Virus record (IMG/VR): IMGVR_UViG_3300048687_000087
Coordinates: 1 to 64,000 of that record
Direction: 5' to 3' (one strand)
Length of the DNA: 64,000 nucleotides
Source of the DNA: a virus
Part shown: piece by piece, positions 55,042-64,000 of the stretch
Position numbering within the stretch: position 1 is the first letter of the stretch
How the letters are laid out: the number at the start of each line of letters is the position of its first letter
Notes under the pieces: generated by a model
The model's input: only the letters and a program-made list of their open reading frames with translations
The model's database searches: none
Told to the model about the DNA's origin: nothing
Made by a program: the position numbers and the translations under genes

Positions 55042-55231
55042 GCTCCCGCCCGCCATCGACGGCGGATTTCCCGGTGGCGGGCGGGCCTTTTATATTACAG
55101 GCGGTGACGGATGCTTCACACGGGGTGCGAAAAGAGTGCCGGGACTCTTGCACCGTGCACGGTTACGGCATATGACATTGAACGCGAAAGTAAGTAGCGC
55201 CCGCCGAGCCCGGACCCCGCTTGGCGGGCAC

Positions 55232-55846
55232 TCAAGTACCAAGCCGGATCCGCCACCGGTCCATCGGCAGGATCAGGTCCGCCGTCTCCACAGGAGCGCC
55301 ATGTTCGTCAAACCGGGTCCGTGCCACGCGATACGCCACGGTGTCCACCAGCAAGCCAAGAGCATGCGCCTGCTCCTCACCGAGCTCGACAGTGGACAAC
55401 TCGGCAACGAACGCGACATGAAGGCGGCGCCGACCGCGCCACCAGGTGGAAACGAGCATTGCCGACCGGCCGCCGGGATCGAGGCATTCGACGGTCTCGT
55501 GCTGCAGCTGGGACCGGGCGGGAACGGCGAGGCGTGCGGAGAGCTCGTCGGTGGCCGGCCGTGGACGGGTGTCGGTGGTCTCGCTCGCATACGGCCAATC
55601 AGCGTCCACGTCGGTGAGAGTGCGCACGGCAGCAGGATGCGCGACATAGACGTGTTTTCGCTCCTCGCCCTCAAGAACTCCCTCCCTGCGGAGGAGGTTG
55701 TAGGCGAGCCTCATCGTCTGCTCGTTGACGTCGTACTCGGCTGCGAGTTCGCGACGTGAGGGCAGGTCTTGGCCGACGGTCCAGTCACCTCGGGTGATGC
55801 GGTGGCGGATGTCGTTGGCGATGCGCCGGTAACGCGCGACTGCCAT
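55232..55846 (-). CDS. GntR-family regulator with reduced UTRA-like domain
   Basis: YRRIANDIRHRITRGDW...LPSRRELAAEYDV. Confidence 0.85.
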   Translation of the reverse strand: MAVARYRRIANDIRHRITRGDWTVGQDLPSRRELAAEYDVNEQTMRLAYNLLRREGVLEGEERKHVYVAHPAAVRTLTDVDADWPYASETTDTRPRPATDELSARLAVPARSQLQHETVECLDPGGRSAMLVSTWWRGRRRLHVAFVAELSTVELGEEQAHALGLLVDTVAYRVARTRFDEHGAPVETADLILPMDRWRIRLGT

Positions 55847-56244
55847 CCAGACCCCTGCCGTTGATCGTTCTTGATCATGACGTGAGTCCGAAAACTATGA
55901 AGGTGGCCGGTGGCTGGATATATCCAGAGGTCGCAGGCAGGCTGGCGCATGCCGGACGCAACTGCATAGAGGATTCGGGATGCCGTCAGGCAGCGTGCGG
56001 GATCCCGGTAGGTGCCGATGGCCGCTGTACCCCGCAGCGCGGTTCGAAAGGCACCCGGATGGTCCAGCACATGCCAGTCATTCACCCGTTCGGGTGGTGA
56101 TTGACGGCTGGGCCACTCGTTGAGCACAGGCCGGGGTCGGGCCCCGTCCGCCTCCAAGGGTGCAGGGGTCCGACCCCGGTTCTGTTTGTCTACATGTCGG
56201 GGTGAGAGGTTGTCCGGGGTTCGGGGAGGCCGTTGTGGCACACA

Positions 56245-56482
56245 TGGGAAACGAGTGGGAACCGAAGAGGGAAACCAGAAGGCAACCATGACTGACTACA
56301 GCTAACCCAAGACTGCAAAAGGCCAGCTCAGGGACTGGCTCGCCGAACGTGGGCTGGCCACAACGCACTTGAGGTGAAGTTACCCAACATGCACGACATA
56401 TTCGGGATGCGGCGCCTCCCGGGTGGCTTGCCAGCGAATCCCTAGATCCAGAATCGAAGCATGGGAAACGAACGGGAAACGA
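56245..56482. other. Probable intact attP
   Basis: Arm-type repeats (T/C/A)GGGAA(A/C)C(G/C)A at 56245, 56256, 56268 and 56462, 56473 flanking a central region, directly downstream of int. Confidence 0.6.
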
Positions 56483-56491
56483 GGACGACGC

Positions 56492-57961
56492 TCACGCCCC
56501 GCCCGAACGCTTCCGCAACTCCAGATTCAGGGCCGTCCGCACGGTCACATGGTTCGCATCGGGCTGCACCCGCAGCACCTCGCTGAGCATCTCCGCATGG
56601 CCGGTGACGCCCCGGCCCACCGCGTCGCGCACGAGGCTCGCCACAGTCACCGCCACCGGGCGAGGCTCCATATCAACCGCCTCCTCCGGCGGCAACGTCG
56701 CCCTGAACTTCTCCCACCGCTGCTGCAAGGTGGCGACGACTTGCCGCTCCAGAGCTGGCGTCAGATTGCTGTACGTCCCCTCCACGCCCTGCAGTTCGTG
56801 ACCCATGCGCGTCTCGACGACGTAACGGGCGTGGCCGTCCTCGTCAAGCCATGCCTTATGGCCGTGCCGAATCAGGTAGATGCGTTTGCCCTGGAACGAG
56901 GGCACAGCCGGGACGGGCGACCGGGGCTTCACGACGCGCCTTTCGGCACACGCCTCGGACCCGTCCGCGATGAGCCGCCAGTACATTTTCGAGAAGGACG
57001 TCTGTGCCAGGCATCCGCCCTCCGTGCCGACGAACACCCACGGACTGTCGTGGCTGGCGAGCAGCTTCTCCAGCATCTCCGCCAGGAACCAAGGGACAAC
57101 CAGCGTCCGATAGCTGTGGTACTTCGGGGGATAGAAGCCGAGCACGCCGTCCTCGTACTGGACCTGTCGTTCAACCCGAATCGCCGGAAGCAACTCGGCG
57201 CCGTTCCCGTAGCGTTCCATGTCCTCGTCGTAACGGTCGGCTTCCCGTTCGTCGGGCCGCGGGTCGCTGCCCGGCCAGTTCGGGTAGCAGTACTCGCGCG
57301 TCAGCCCGTACAGCTCGGCCGGGCGCATGCCGGTCATCGCCATCGTCCAGATGAAGACGTAGCCGGAGTACCCGAAGACCAGCTCGGCGTTCCGGGCTAG
57401 CCGGTCGACGACGCCGATCGGCATGTCCTTCTTCCGCTCCTTCGTCTTCCTCTCATACCGCCCGCGGCGCCGCTTCCGCTCGACGGGGGAGGTCTTGCGC
57501 AGTCCGGCTTTAACTGCGTCGTCCATCACCATCCCGAGCACCATCAGGACGTTGCTGCGGCTGTTCTCGGCGCCGAGCGCCTTCGCCAGGTACATCTTGA
57601 ACGCGCGGATGTCGAGGATGCTGAGGTCGCCGACGGGCTTCTTGCCGAGGAGAGGCCGGATGTGTGAGTTGATGGCCCATCGGTAGTTGCGCAGCGAAAG
57701 GTGCGCGAGATCGATTGACCCCAGCCAGTCATCCAGCCAGTCCGACATGAGCGTCGACCCGTCTGCGTTGGAGACGTGGAGTCCATGCCGGATCTCGTAG
57801 AGCTGATCCTGGCCGTACTTGAGGGCGACGTCCTCTTCGAGGAAGCCGCCCTTTGACTCGAAGCGTTTCCGCCCGTTGGTGTGGTACTCGCCGGTCCACC
57901 ACTTCACACGGCAGGTGCCCCCGCGCCACTCCACGTAGACGTCAGTGGATCGTCTGGACAC
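56492..57961 (-). CDS. int: Tyrosine integrase
   Basis: TGMRPAEL, YLIRHGH, RMGH...TYS catalytic motifs; N-terminal arm-binding region. Confidence 0.92.
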   Translation of the reverse strand: MSRRSTDVYVEWRGGTCRVKWWTGEYHTNGRKRFESKGGFLEEDVALKYGQDQLYEIRHGLHVSNADGSTLMSDWLDDWLGSIDLAHLSLRNYRWAINSHIRPLLGKKPVGDLSILDIRAFKMYLAKALGAENSRSNVLMVLGMVMDDAVKAGLRKTSPVERKRRRGRYERKTKERKKDMPIGVVDRLARNAELVFGYSGYVFIWTMAMTGMRPAELYGLTREYCYPNWPGSDPRPDEREADRYDEDMERYGNGAELLPAIRVERQVQYEDGVLGFYPPKYHSYRTLVVPWFLAEMLEKLLASHDSPWVFVGTEGGCLAQTSFSKMYWRLIADGSEACAERRVVKPRSPVPAVPSFQGKRIYLIRHGHKAWLDEDGHARYVVETRMGHELQGVEGTYSNLTPALERQVVATLQQRWEKFRATLPPEEAVDMEPRPVAVTVASLVRDAVGRGVTGHAEMLSEVLRVQPDANHVTVRTALNLELRKRSGGA

Positions 57962-58036
57962 TGGTGCCCCCTTGCGCTGATCGGTGCGGCCGCCTGGCAG
58001 GTACCCCTACCGCCTAGGCTCCGCACCCATCCTGCC

Positions 58037-58237
58037 TCAGCTCAGCGCGGCGATGGGGCAACGCCTGCATTCCCCGCAATCGCCTCCAACTGCCTGGACC
58101 AGCTGGCGCATTGACGCCGCGACTGCACGCTGGCGATCGGGCCGATCCGGGATGACGCAGACGATGGCGTCATCCAGTTTGAACGTGTGACCCGAGAACG
58201 CCGGCCCGTAGTCGGCTATGAGCGCGTCTCCGTACAT
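58037..58237 (-). CDS. Small Cys-rich protein in the int operon
   Basis: GGGAG RBS; CGECRRCP. Confidence 0.55.
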   Translation of the reverse strand: MYGDALIADYGPAFSGHTFKLDDAIVCVIPDRPDRQRAVAASMRQLVQAVGGDCGECRRCPIAALS

Positions 58238-58380
58238 GACTCCCCCAAGGTGTCGGAAGGAGCCTCCAAGGGTGGTGCACTTTCGACTCTGCCACGTCCA
58301 GGGCCACTTGGGGCCATCTACGTACCAGTAGACATGCCCTATCTCGTAACGAATCAGTGAAAGCAAATGGTTGTACATCT

Positions 58381-58800
58381 TTAGGGTGAACTTGGGCGCT
58401 TGAGCTTGCCCTTGCGCTTCAAGTCCTTCGCGATTCGCTCGCTGAGGTTCGTGATCTCTTCGCCCGTCAGGCCGGGCATCGTGGCGATGGCTGAGAGCTG
58501 CACGATCTCGCGCACTTCGGGATCGTCGTAGTCCTCGCCATCCAGGACCGTCACCTCTGGTTCCTCATCGCCGGGGACGGGCCCGCCGGCCGCGATCTGC
58601 TCGCACGTGTCTGGAGGCCAGTGCAGCGCCCGTTCAATCTTGCGGTAGGTGCCGTCGCGGACTTCCTCGGCCTGCTCGACGCGCTTCCAGGTGTCCTTGG
58701 AGATCCCGACGGCTTGGGCGGCGGCCACTCGCGAGGGGTACTGGGCGTGCCGCGCCGTCGTAACAGCCTTGGCGAGGCGTTCGAGATCTCGTGTCGACAT
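58381..58800 (-). CDS. Immunity repressor (XRE-like HTH)
   Basis: AAAQAVGISKDTWKRVE...KIERALHW; divergent from cro. Confidence 0.75.
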   Translation of the reverse strand: MSTRDLERLAKAVTTARHAQYPSRVAAAQAVGISKDTWKRVEQAEEVRDGTYRKIERALHWPPDTCEQIAAGGPVPGDEEPEVTVLDGEDYDDPEVREIVQLSAIATMPGLTGEEITNLSERIAKDLKRKGKLKRPSSP

Positions 58801-58928
58801 AGCCCCATCTTGGCAGGGCCACTCAGGGCCAGCCAGGACCAGGGCCATCTAAGGCTGAATCTTTAGCGCCCAGTGACCTGCATGTATGCATATAGAGCTA
58901 GGTGAGGCTAAAACAATCACCAGTAAGA

Positions 58929-58964
58929 GCTAACTAGGGCTGGACGTGGAGGCTAACTAGGGCT
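58929..58964. promoter_or_regulatory. Operator-like direct repeats in the repressor/cro switch
   Basis: GCTAACTAGGGCT at 58929 and 58952. Confidence 0.6.
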
Positions 58965-58975
58965 AACTTCTACTC

Positions 58976-59275
58976 ATGCAGCAACCCCCAACCACCTACA
59001 CGGTGAACGGCCGAAAGGTCCGTGAACTGCGTAAGGAGGCGGGCCTCGAAGTCGCCGACCTGGCCGAGCAAGCCGGCATCAGCCGCCGCTACCTCAGCCA
59101 CATCGAGAACGGCACCCGAGACCGCATGAGACCGACCCGATACCAGCGACTGCGCACAGCCCTGGGGGCGAACGCAACCGACCTCTTGGCCCCACCCGAG
59201 ACCCCACCCCCTAAGGAGGCCCCCAGTGCCCAGCGAGAAGTACCTCCGGTACGGACGCCCCACTCCACCGGCTGA
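58976..59275 (+). CDS. Cro-like XRE HTH protein
   Basis: LRKEAGLEVADLAEQAGISRRYLSHIENG. Confidence 0.85.
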   Translation: MQQPPTTYTVNGRKVRELRKEAGLEVADLAEQAGISRRYLSHIENGTRDRMRPTRYQRLRTALGANATDLLAPPETPPPKEAPSAQREVPPVRTPHSTG

Positions 59276-59291
59276 CCCCAACCAGGAGTAC

Positions 59292-59510
59292 ATGACCGTC
59301 CAGGAGACGGCCTATGTCCTCAATTGCAGCGTCGACGTCGCCCGCAAGCGCATCAAGGAAATCGGCGTCGAGTCCAAGGTCGGCCGTGCAGTCGTCACCT
59401 CCAAGCGGGACCGCCAGCGCATCCACGAGGCCGGCCGAAAGCGGGCCCAGGAGCAGGCCAAGCTCCGCCGCCTCCGCGCCACCGAGACCGCCGACCTCGC
59501 CGCCGCCTGA
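59292..59510 (+). CDS. Excisionase-like HTH protein
   Basis: AGGAG RBS; MTVQETAYVLNCSVDVARK. Confidence 0.65.
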   Translation: MTVQETAYVLNCSVDVARKRIKEIGVESKVGRAVVTSKRDRQRIHEAGRKRAQEQAKLRRLRATETADLAAA

Positions 59511-59532
59511 CCCGAAACGGATCCCCATCCCC

Positions 59533-60123
59533 ATGGCCGAACGAATCGCCCGCATCGCACGCCCGCTGTCCTGGCGTCACCAGTTCATCCGCGACCATGA
59601 CTACCGCTGCCACTACTGCAACCGGTTCGCCGGCTCTGTCGATGTGGGACCTGACGGCAAGCCGTGGCACGTGGACCACATGAACGCCCTGGCTGCAGGC
59701 GGCGAGGACGTCGAGGAGAACCTGACCTTGGCGTGCGAGCGGTGCAACTCCCTGAAGTACACGCTGCCCTACGCGAACTTCAAGGAGTACGCGGCCACTC
59801 TGTTCTGGGCTAGCGAGCCGCGGCGGATCAGCGATGACGACCTCAGCCAGCTCATGGCTGCGTTCTTGCGGACCACGGACGGCGAGTGGTTCTACACCGA
59901 GGCGGCCGACGCCGGCATGGTCCGACTCCACTCGCTCGCCAAGCAGGAACTGGGAGTCGAGTTCGACGGCCCTATCGCGGAGATCGACATTCGCGGGTCG
60001 ACGAGCAAGCCCTCGAGGAGCAACGCCGACTTCATCGTCCTGGCCCATCGCCTGATGCCTCAGCTGGTTGCCGAAGTTCACCTGCTGCGCAACGAACTGC
60101 AAGCCACCAAGTCCGCCGCCTAG
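59533..60123 (+). CDS. HNH endonuclease with C-terminal ead/Ea22-like region
   Basis: RCHYC...HVDHM....GG....NLTLACERCNSLK; NADFIVLAH..MPQLVAEV. Confidence 0.8.
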   Translation: MAERIARIARPLSWRHQFIRDHDYRCHYCNRFAGSVDVGPDGKPWHVDHMNALAAGGEDVEENLTLACERCNSLKYTLPYANFKEYAATLFWASEPRRISDDDLSQLMAAFLRTTDGEWFYTEAADAGMVRLHSLAKQELGVEFDGPIAEIDIRGSTSKPSRSNADFIVLAHRLMPQLVAEVHLLRNELQATKSAA

Positions 60124-60240
60124 AGCGGCAAACGGCCCCAACCGCCGGGGGCCTAAGCCCGGCAGCCAGGGCCTCGGAGGTCGCCGTCAGCGACCTCAAC
60201 GCACCACCCCACACGAAACGTGAAACGAAAGGGGCAGCAC

Positions 60241-60576
60241 GTGCCTCAATCATCCCAGATCGATCGCCGGAGGCAGAGTCTCCTGGCAGCTCACTCGGCG
60301 GCACTTCACCTGATCATTGTCGCTCCGGTTCCGCCGACATCTGTACGGATCTCGTGCAGCGAGTTCGCTCCGGACGAGCCGGAGATGGATGTCTCCCTTC
60401 ACCGCGACCCGGACGGCGTGCGTTCGCTGGCTGCCAAGTTGGAGATCGAGGTGTCGGAAGGTCCGCACAGCGAGGACGACCCGTCCGTGTTCACGGTCGC
60501 CAATGGTGAGATCAGTGGCATCCCGGTGCGGATCTGGTCCCTCATTCCGGCGGGCACCGAAGGCGGTGCCGCATGA
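60241..60576 (+). CDS. Phage early hypothetical protein
   Basis: AAGGGG RBS. Confidence 0.6.
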   Translation: MPQSSQIDRRRQSLLAAHSAALHLIIVAPVPPTSVRISCSEFAPDEPEMDVSLHRDPDGVRSLAAKLEIEVSEGPHSEDDPSVFTVANGEISGIPVRIWSLIPAGTEGGAA

Positions 60577-60818
60577 GCGACTTGACCCGTATCCCGACCC
60601 CGCTCGCCGTGTCCGTCTTCCGCACCCTCCAACTGCCGCCGCACGTGTTCGAGGCGCTGGTTCTGCAGGACGACGTGGAGCGCGAGTTGGCCTGTCTGTG
60701 CCCGCTGTCCTCGGTCGAGGACTACGGCGACCGCGAGATGCTCCTCGCCCGGCATGCTGCCGCCGCGAAGACCCTCGCCACCTACCCGACGGTCACCAGC
60801 GTGGGGAGCCTGTCATGA
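60573..60818 (+). CDS. Phage early hypothetical protein
   Basis: ATGA overlap. Confidence 0.6.
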   Translation: MSDLTRIPTPLAVSVFRTLQLPPHVFEALVLQDDVERELACLCPLSSVEDYGDREMLLARHAAAAKTLATYPTVTSVGSLS

Positions 60819-61375
60819 GCGACACCCGCAACGGATTGCTCGGCGCCCTCACGGCTGAGAACGCGATGCCGGGCCGGACTGCCGTGTACCTCGTCGACGA
60901 GTACGCCGCGGCCGTCCGTGAGCCACTGCTCGCCGAGGTCCAGCGCCTCAAGGCGGCTTTCGGGGAGGCGACCGACCACATCGCCGAACTGGACGACGAG
61001 ATCGGAGCCGCGTCAGCCCGCGAATCCGCCCTCAAGGGCGAGTTGGCGAAGCGTCCGTCGCGGTACTCCGCGTCACCTGCCGAGATCGACGACTACCTGC
61101 GGCGCTACTTCACCGAGGAAGTCGTACTCAACTTCCAGCGCGCTGTCGGCAACCGTGCGGTCGAGGAAGCAGCAAAGGACATCCGGATGGGGTCCCACAC
61201 GTCGATGGCCAGCCAGCTTTACGTGAACGGCATGCAGTTCGCGGCCGACCATATCGACCCGCTTAAGGGCGGCGGGCACTACCCGTCGTGCCTCCTCTGC
61301 TCGAAGCACAACGGCTTCGGTCAGTGCCCTGGCGCCCCCTGGTGCACCCCGCGCGACGGGGAGACGGCGTCATGA
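60815..61375 (+). CDS. Phage early hypothetical protein
   Basis: ATGA overlap. Confidence 0.6.
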   Translation: MSDTRNGLLGALTAENAMPGRTAVYLVDEYAAAVREPLLAEVQRLKAAFGEATDHIAELDDEIGAASARESALKGELAKRPSRYSASPAEIDDYLRRYFTEEVVLNFQRAVGNRAVEEAAKDIRMGSHTSMASQLYVNGMQFAADHIDPLKGGGHYPSCLLCSKHNGFGQCPGAPWCTPRDGETAS

Positions 61376-61572
61376 CCGCCGACATCGCCGCCCTGGACGT
61401 GCCGCTCACGAAGGTCGAGCCGGCCGCGATCCTCCTGGCTGCCGCCGCCCGCACGCACTCCCCGTCGGACCAACTCGCCTACCGCCTCGATGGCTGGCTC
61501 GTCACCCACCCCGATGCCCCCGTCTCCACGGCGGCCGACTACCCGAACTGGACGCCAGGAGGCGCCTCGTGA
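61372..61572 (+). CDS. Phage early hypothetical protein
   Basis: ATGA overlap. Confidence 0.55.
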   Translation: MTADIAALDVPLTKVEPAAILLAAAARTHSPSDQLAYRLDGWLVTHPDAPVSTAADYPNWTPGGAS

Positions 61573-61778
61573 ACGACCTCAACCTCGATGCCGGTCTCGC
61601 CGCGGTCATCGACTTCGTCCGCGAAACGCACGCCCCGATCGAGCAGGCATTCACCGCCCACAAGCCGGTCGAGCCCTACGACCTCGCCGCCCTCACCGGG
61701 GCTGTCGGCGCACTCCTCAACGCGATCGACGCCCGACGCATCGACAACCAACCCGTAACCGTGAAGGCGGTGGCCTGA
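61569..61778 (+). CDS. Phage early hypothetical protein
   Basis: GTGA overlap, GGAGG RBS. Confidence 0.6.
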   Translation: MNDLNLDAGLAAVIDFVRETHAPIEQAFTAHKPVEPYDLAALTGAVGALLNAIDARRIDNQPVTVKAVA

Positions 61779-62536
61779 TGACCGAATACCCCGAGATCGC
61801 CGAGCGGTTCGCGAAGGACACCGCCAAGCACGAGATGACCGTGCTCCACGAGGACGGCCTCTACCGCCACCTCAAGTTCATGCCCCCGGACCACGGCAGC
61901 TTCGGCGCCTTCGAACTGATCACCTGGCCGTACAACCTCGTCGTCAAGACCGGGTGGACGTTCCACTTCGACATCGACGCCACCCCCGACATGTTCGACC
62001 TGTTCCGCAACACCGCCTTCACCGGCGAGATCAACCCGAGCTACTGGCAGGAGAAGGTCCGCGCAGGCCGCGACGAGGTGGAGGGCTTCGAACCGGACCT
62101 CCTCAAGGAGGAGATCGCCTCCACGCTCGGCCAGTGGATGCGCGACGACCTCGCCGACCGAATCTGGCGGCGAGCCAAAGAGCAGGGTTTCCACCCCGAC
62201 GAACTGCGCACGAACGCGCGGCTGCGGAGGGAGATGTCGCGGCAGGTCCGCCCGGAGTGGATGAAGGCGAACCACGAGCTCCGCGACACCGTCCACGAGC
62301 ACTTCTTCGACGAGATGACCGACTACAACGTCGAGTTGGAGTCGGAGGCGCACCGGGCGCTGCATGACTTCTCGTGGCGCCCCGAGGGCAGCGACAGCAA
62401 GTACCCGTACTACTTCGCCGACTGGCACGAGTGGCGGCTGCACGACTACACGCCCGGCTTCCTGTACTCCTGCCACGCGATCCGCCACGGCATCGCCCTG
62501 TACGACGCGGCCCGCGCGAAGGCGGTGGCCGCATGA
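61778..62536 (+). CDS. Conserved phage hypothetical protein
   Basis: RFAKDTAKHEMTVLHEDGLYRHL...INPSYWQEKV. Confidence 0.75.
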   Translation: MTEYPEIAERFAKDTAKHEMTVLHEDGLYRHLKFMPPDHGSFGAFELITWPYNLVVKTGWTFHFDIDATPDMFDLFRNTAFTGEINPSYWQEKVRAGRDEVEGFEPDLLKEEIASTLGQWMRDDLADRIWRRAKEQGFHPDELRTNARLRREMSRQVRPEWMKANHELRDTVHEHFFDEMTDYNVELESEAHRALHDFSWRPEGSDSKYPYYFADWHEWRLHDYTPGFLYSCHAIRHGIALYDAARAKAVAA

Positions 62537-62733
62537 CCGCCGACCTGGCCCCGCGCCCGCTCGCGGACCTGGAAATGGACTCCGTCCTCGCCGTCGAGCA
62601 GGCCATGGGGGAGCGCGCCTTAGGCCTCAAGCCGTGGACTACCGGCGAATACCTCGACCGTGTCGAGCACGTGCACGCCATGTACGCGATCCGCCGCGAA
62701 TGGCTGCGCACCCACCCGCAGGAGGCGTTGTGA
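62533..62733 (+). CDS. Phage early hypothetical protein
   Basis: ATGA overlap. Confidence 0.55.
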   Translation: MTADLAPRPLADLEMDSVLAVEQAMGERALGLKPWTTGEYLDRVEHVHAMYAIRREWLRTHPQEAL

Positions 62734-62945
62734 CCGCGATCCTCCCCGAACAGCCGACGGCTCTCGACGAGTTGCCGCCCATGGCCGTAACAGCGCCCCC
62801 GGTCGTGCTGCCCGGCCTCCTCGCCGGGGTCGGCGTCACCGAACGCCGCGTACCCGCCTGGATCACCGACCCGAACCTCATCGCCGACATCGTCGCCGGC
62901 CACATCGACATCCCCGACGAGTTCAACCCGCAGGAGGAGCAGTGA
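62730..62945 (+). CDS. Phage early hypothetical protein
   Basis: GTGA overlap. Confidence 0.5.
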   Translation: MTAILPEQPTALDELPPMAVTAPPVVLPGLLAGVGVTERRVPAWITDPNLIADIVAGHIDIPDEFNPQEEQ

Positions 62946-63286
62946 GCATCTCCGCTGACCAGTTCCACACGACGCTCGCGGGCTCCGTCGAGGACGCGAT
63001 CACCGAGCACGCCGACGAACTCGCCCGATCCATCGTCGCAACCCTGTCCGGGGCCATCGACGACGAGCGGGGCCGCCTCATCGAGGCAGCTGAGGAAGCT
63101 GCCCGAGCCCGCGACTTCGCCCACGGGTCGGCCGAGCACATCGCCGCGAAACGCAACCTCGCCGAGGAAGTCCTCATCGGCTGGGAGACAGGCGACATCC
63201 AGGCGGACACGGCGCTGCGGATGATCCGTGCCGCTCTCGCTGTCGGCCCGGTCATGACCGTCGATGAGCTGAAGGCGGCGCTGTGA
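62942..63286 (+). CDS. Phage early hypothetical protein
   Basis: GTGA overlap, GGAGGAG RBS. Confidence 0.6.
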   Translation: MSISADQFHTTLAGSVEDAITEHADELARSIVATLSGAIDDERGRLIEAAEEAARARDFAHGSAEHIAAKRNLAEEVLIGWETGDIQADTALRMIRAALAVGPVMTVDELKAAL

Positions 63287-63513
63287 GCAGCCTTGAAGTC
63301 GGTACCGACCTCATCCTCGGCCGCGTCACCGGTGTGCAGCGCCGCAAGGCCGCCCTCCACATCGCCGACCAGGTCGCCGCCGAACACCCGGACCTCACCG
63401 CGCAACAGATCGCCGCAGACCCGGCCCTCAGTCAGGGACTGCGCGAACTCCTCGACATCGTCCTCGGAACCCAGCACAGCCGACCCGCAACCATCCACGG
63501 GGGAACCGCATGA
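63283..63513 (+). CDS. Phage early hypothetical protein
   Basis: GTGA overlap. Confidence 0.55.
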   Translation: MSSLEVGTDLILGRVTGVQRRKAALHIADQVAAEHPDLTAQQIAADPALSQGLRELLDIVLGTQHSRPATIHGGTA

Positions 63514-63905
63514 CCGACATCGAGACCCTGCACGACCAGTACATGACCGCCGTCAACGCGGCCCTGGAAGCGCACAACTGCAACCCGAAGCAAGCCGAGT
63601 GGGGGCGCATCAGCGACGGCGAACACCTCGACGCCGTACTCACCTACCCGGCCTCCTCCGTCTGGGAGCACGGGCTCACCGTCTACTGGGACGAGCGCAC
63701 CGGCTGGCAGTACACAGCCCTCGACGCAAAGCGCCGCGGCACCAACGCCGACGACCTCCCCATCGAATACCTCGCCGCCCCCAGCGTCGTCGCCCGCGCC
63801 ATCTCCGCACTCCTCACCGGTCACCTCGTCAACACCGAGAGCAGCGAGCGGTGGGAGCACGCAGACCAACTGCAGGCCGCCATCGACGAGGAGAACGCGT
63901 CGTGA
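63510..63905 (+). CDS. Phage early hypothetical protein
   Basis: ATGA overlap; WDERTGWQY. Confidence 0.6.
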   Translation: MTDIETLHDQYMTAVNAALEAHNCNPKQAEWGRISDGEHLDAVLTYPASSVWEHGLTVYWDERTGWQYTALDAKRRGTNADDLPIEYLAAPSVVARAISALLTGHLVNTESSERWEHADQLQAAIDEENAS

Positions 63906-64000
63906 GCATCGCCCAGGATCTCCGTACCCGCGCCAAGCACCGCGGCATGAAGCCGTGGGAGCTGATCCAGAAGATCGGGCGCCTCGAGCGGGAAGCCGAC

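Larger units (their letters stand above)
1..64000. mobile_element. Temperate actinophage (siphovirus) / phage-AICE hybrid element; extends beyond both window edges
   Basis: Terminase-portal-capsid-tail-TMP-lysis synteny, tyrosine integrase, repressor/cro switch, overlapping small early genes at both ends; no host housekeeping genes seen. Confidence 0.92.

Overview
This GC-rich window looks like one temperate Streptomyces-type siphophage element. Its order is: early genes (1-3.6 kb), an accessory/TA island (4-8.6 kb), a pSAM2/AICE-like conjugation module (9.4-22.2 kb), morons, packaging/head/tail genes (24.7-44.6 kb), an antisense glycosylation operon, lysis genes, a serine resolvase with a res-like site, a probable intact attP plus tyrosine integrase (56.2-58.0 kb), the immunity switch, and more early genes. 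The AICE-like module holds a GntR/KorSA-like repressor, Xis-like HTH, Nudix, RapZ-C-like protein, Spd-like proteins, a TraB/FtsK translocase and a clt-like repeat cluster, but no integrase or Rep of its own. No replication genes are visible. The most unusual region is 13.5-16.1 kb, a tandem array of ten 35-71 aa genes. Most are preceded by one of two structured repeat families. Family A is a minimal tRNA-like element (7-nt acceptor strand, exact 5-bp/7-nt T-arm, no D or anticodon arm, tail RCGCACCA). Family B is a double hairpin. Two cargo peptides resemble stand-alone amyloid-signalling motifs. Also notable are a GIY-YIG-like protein fused to a paralogue of the TraB C-terminal domain, and about 21 GTAC sites inside the spdA-like gene. 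All family assignments come from reading motifs by eye; no searches were run.
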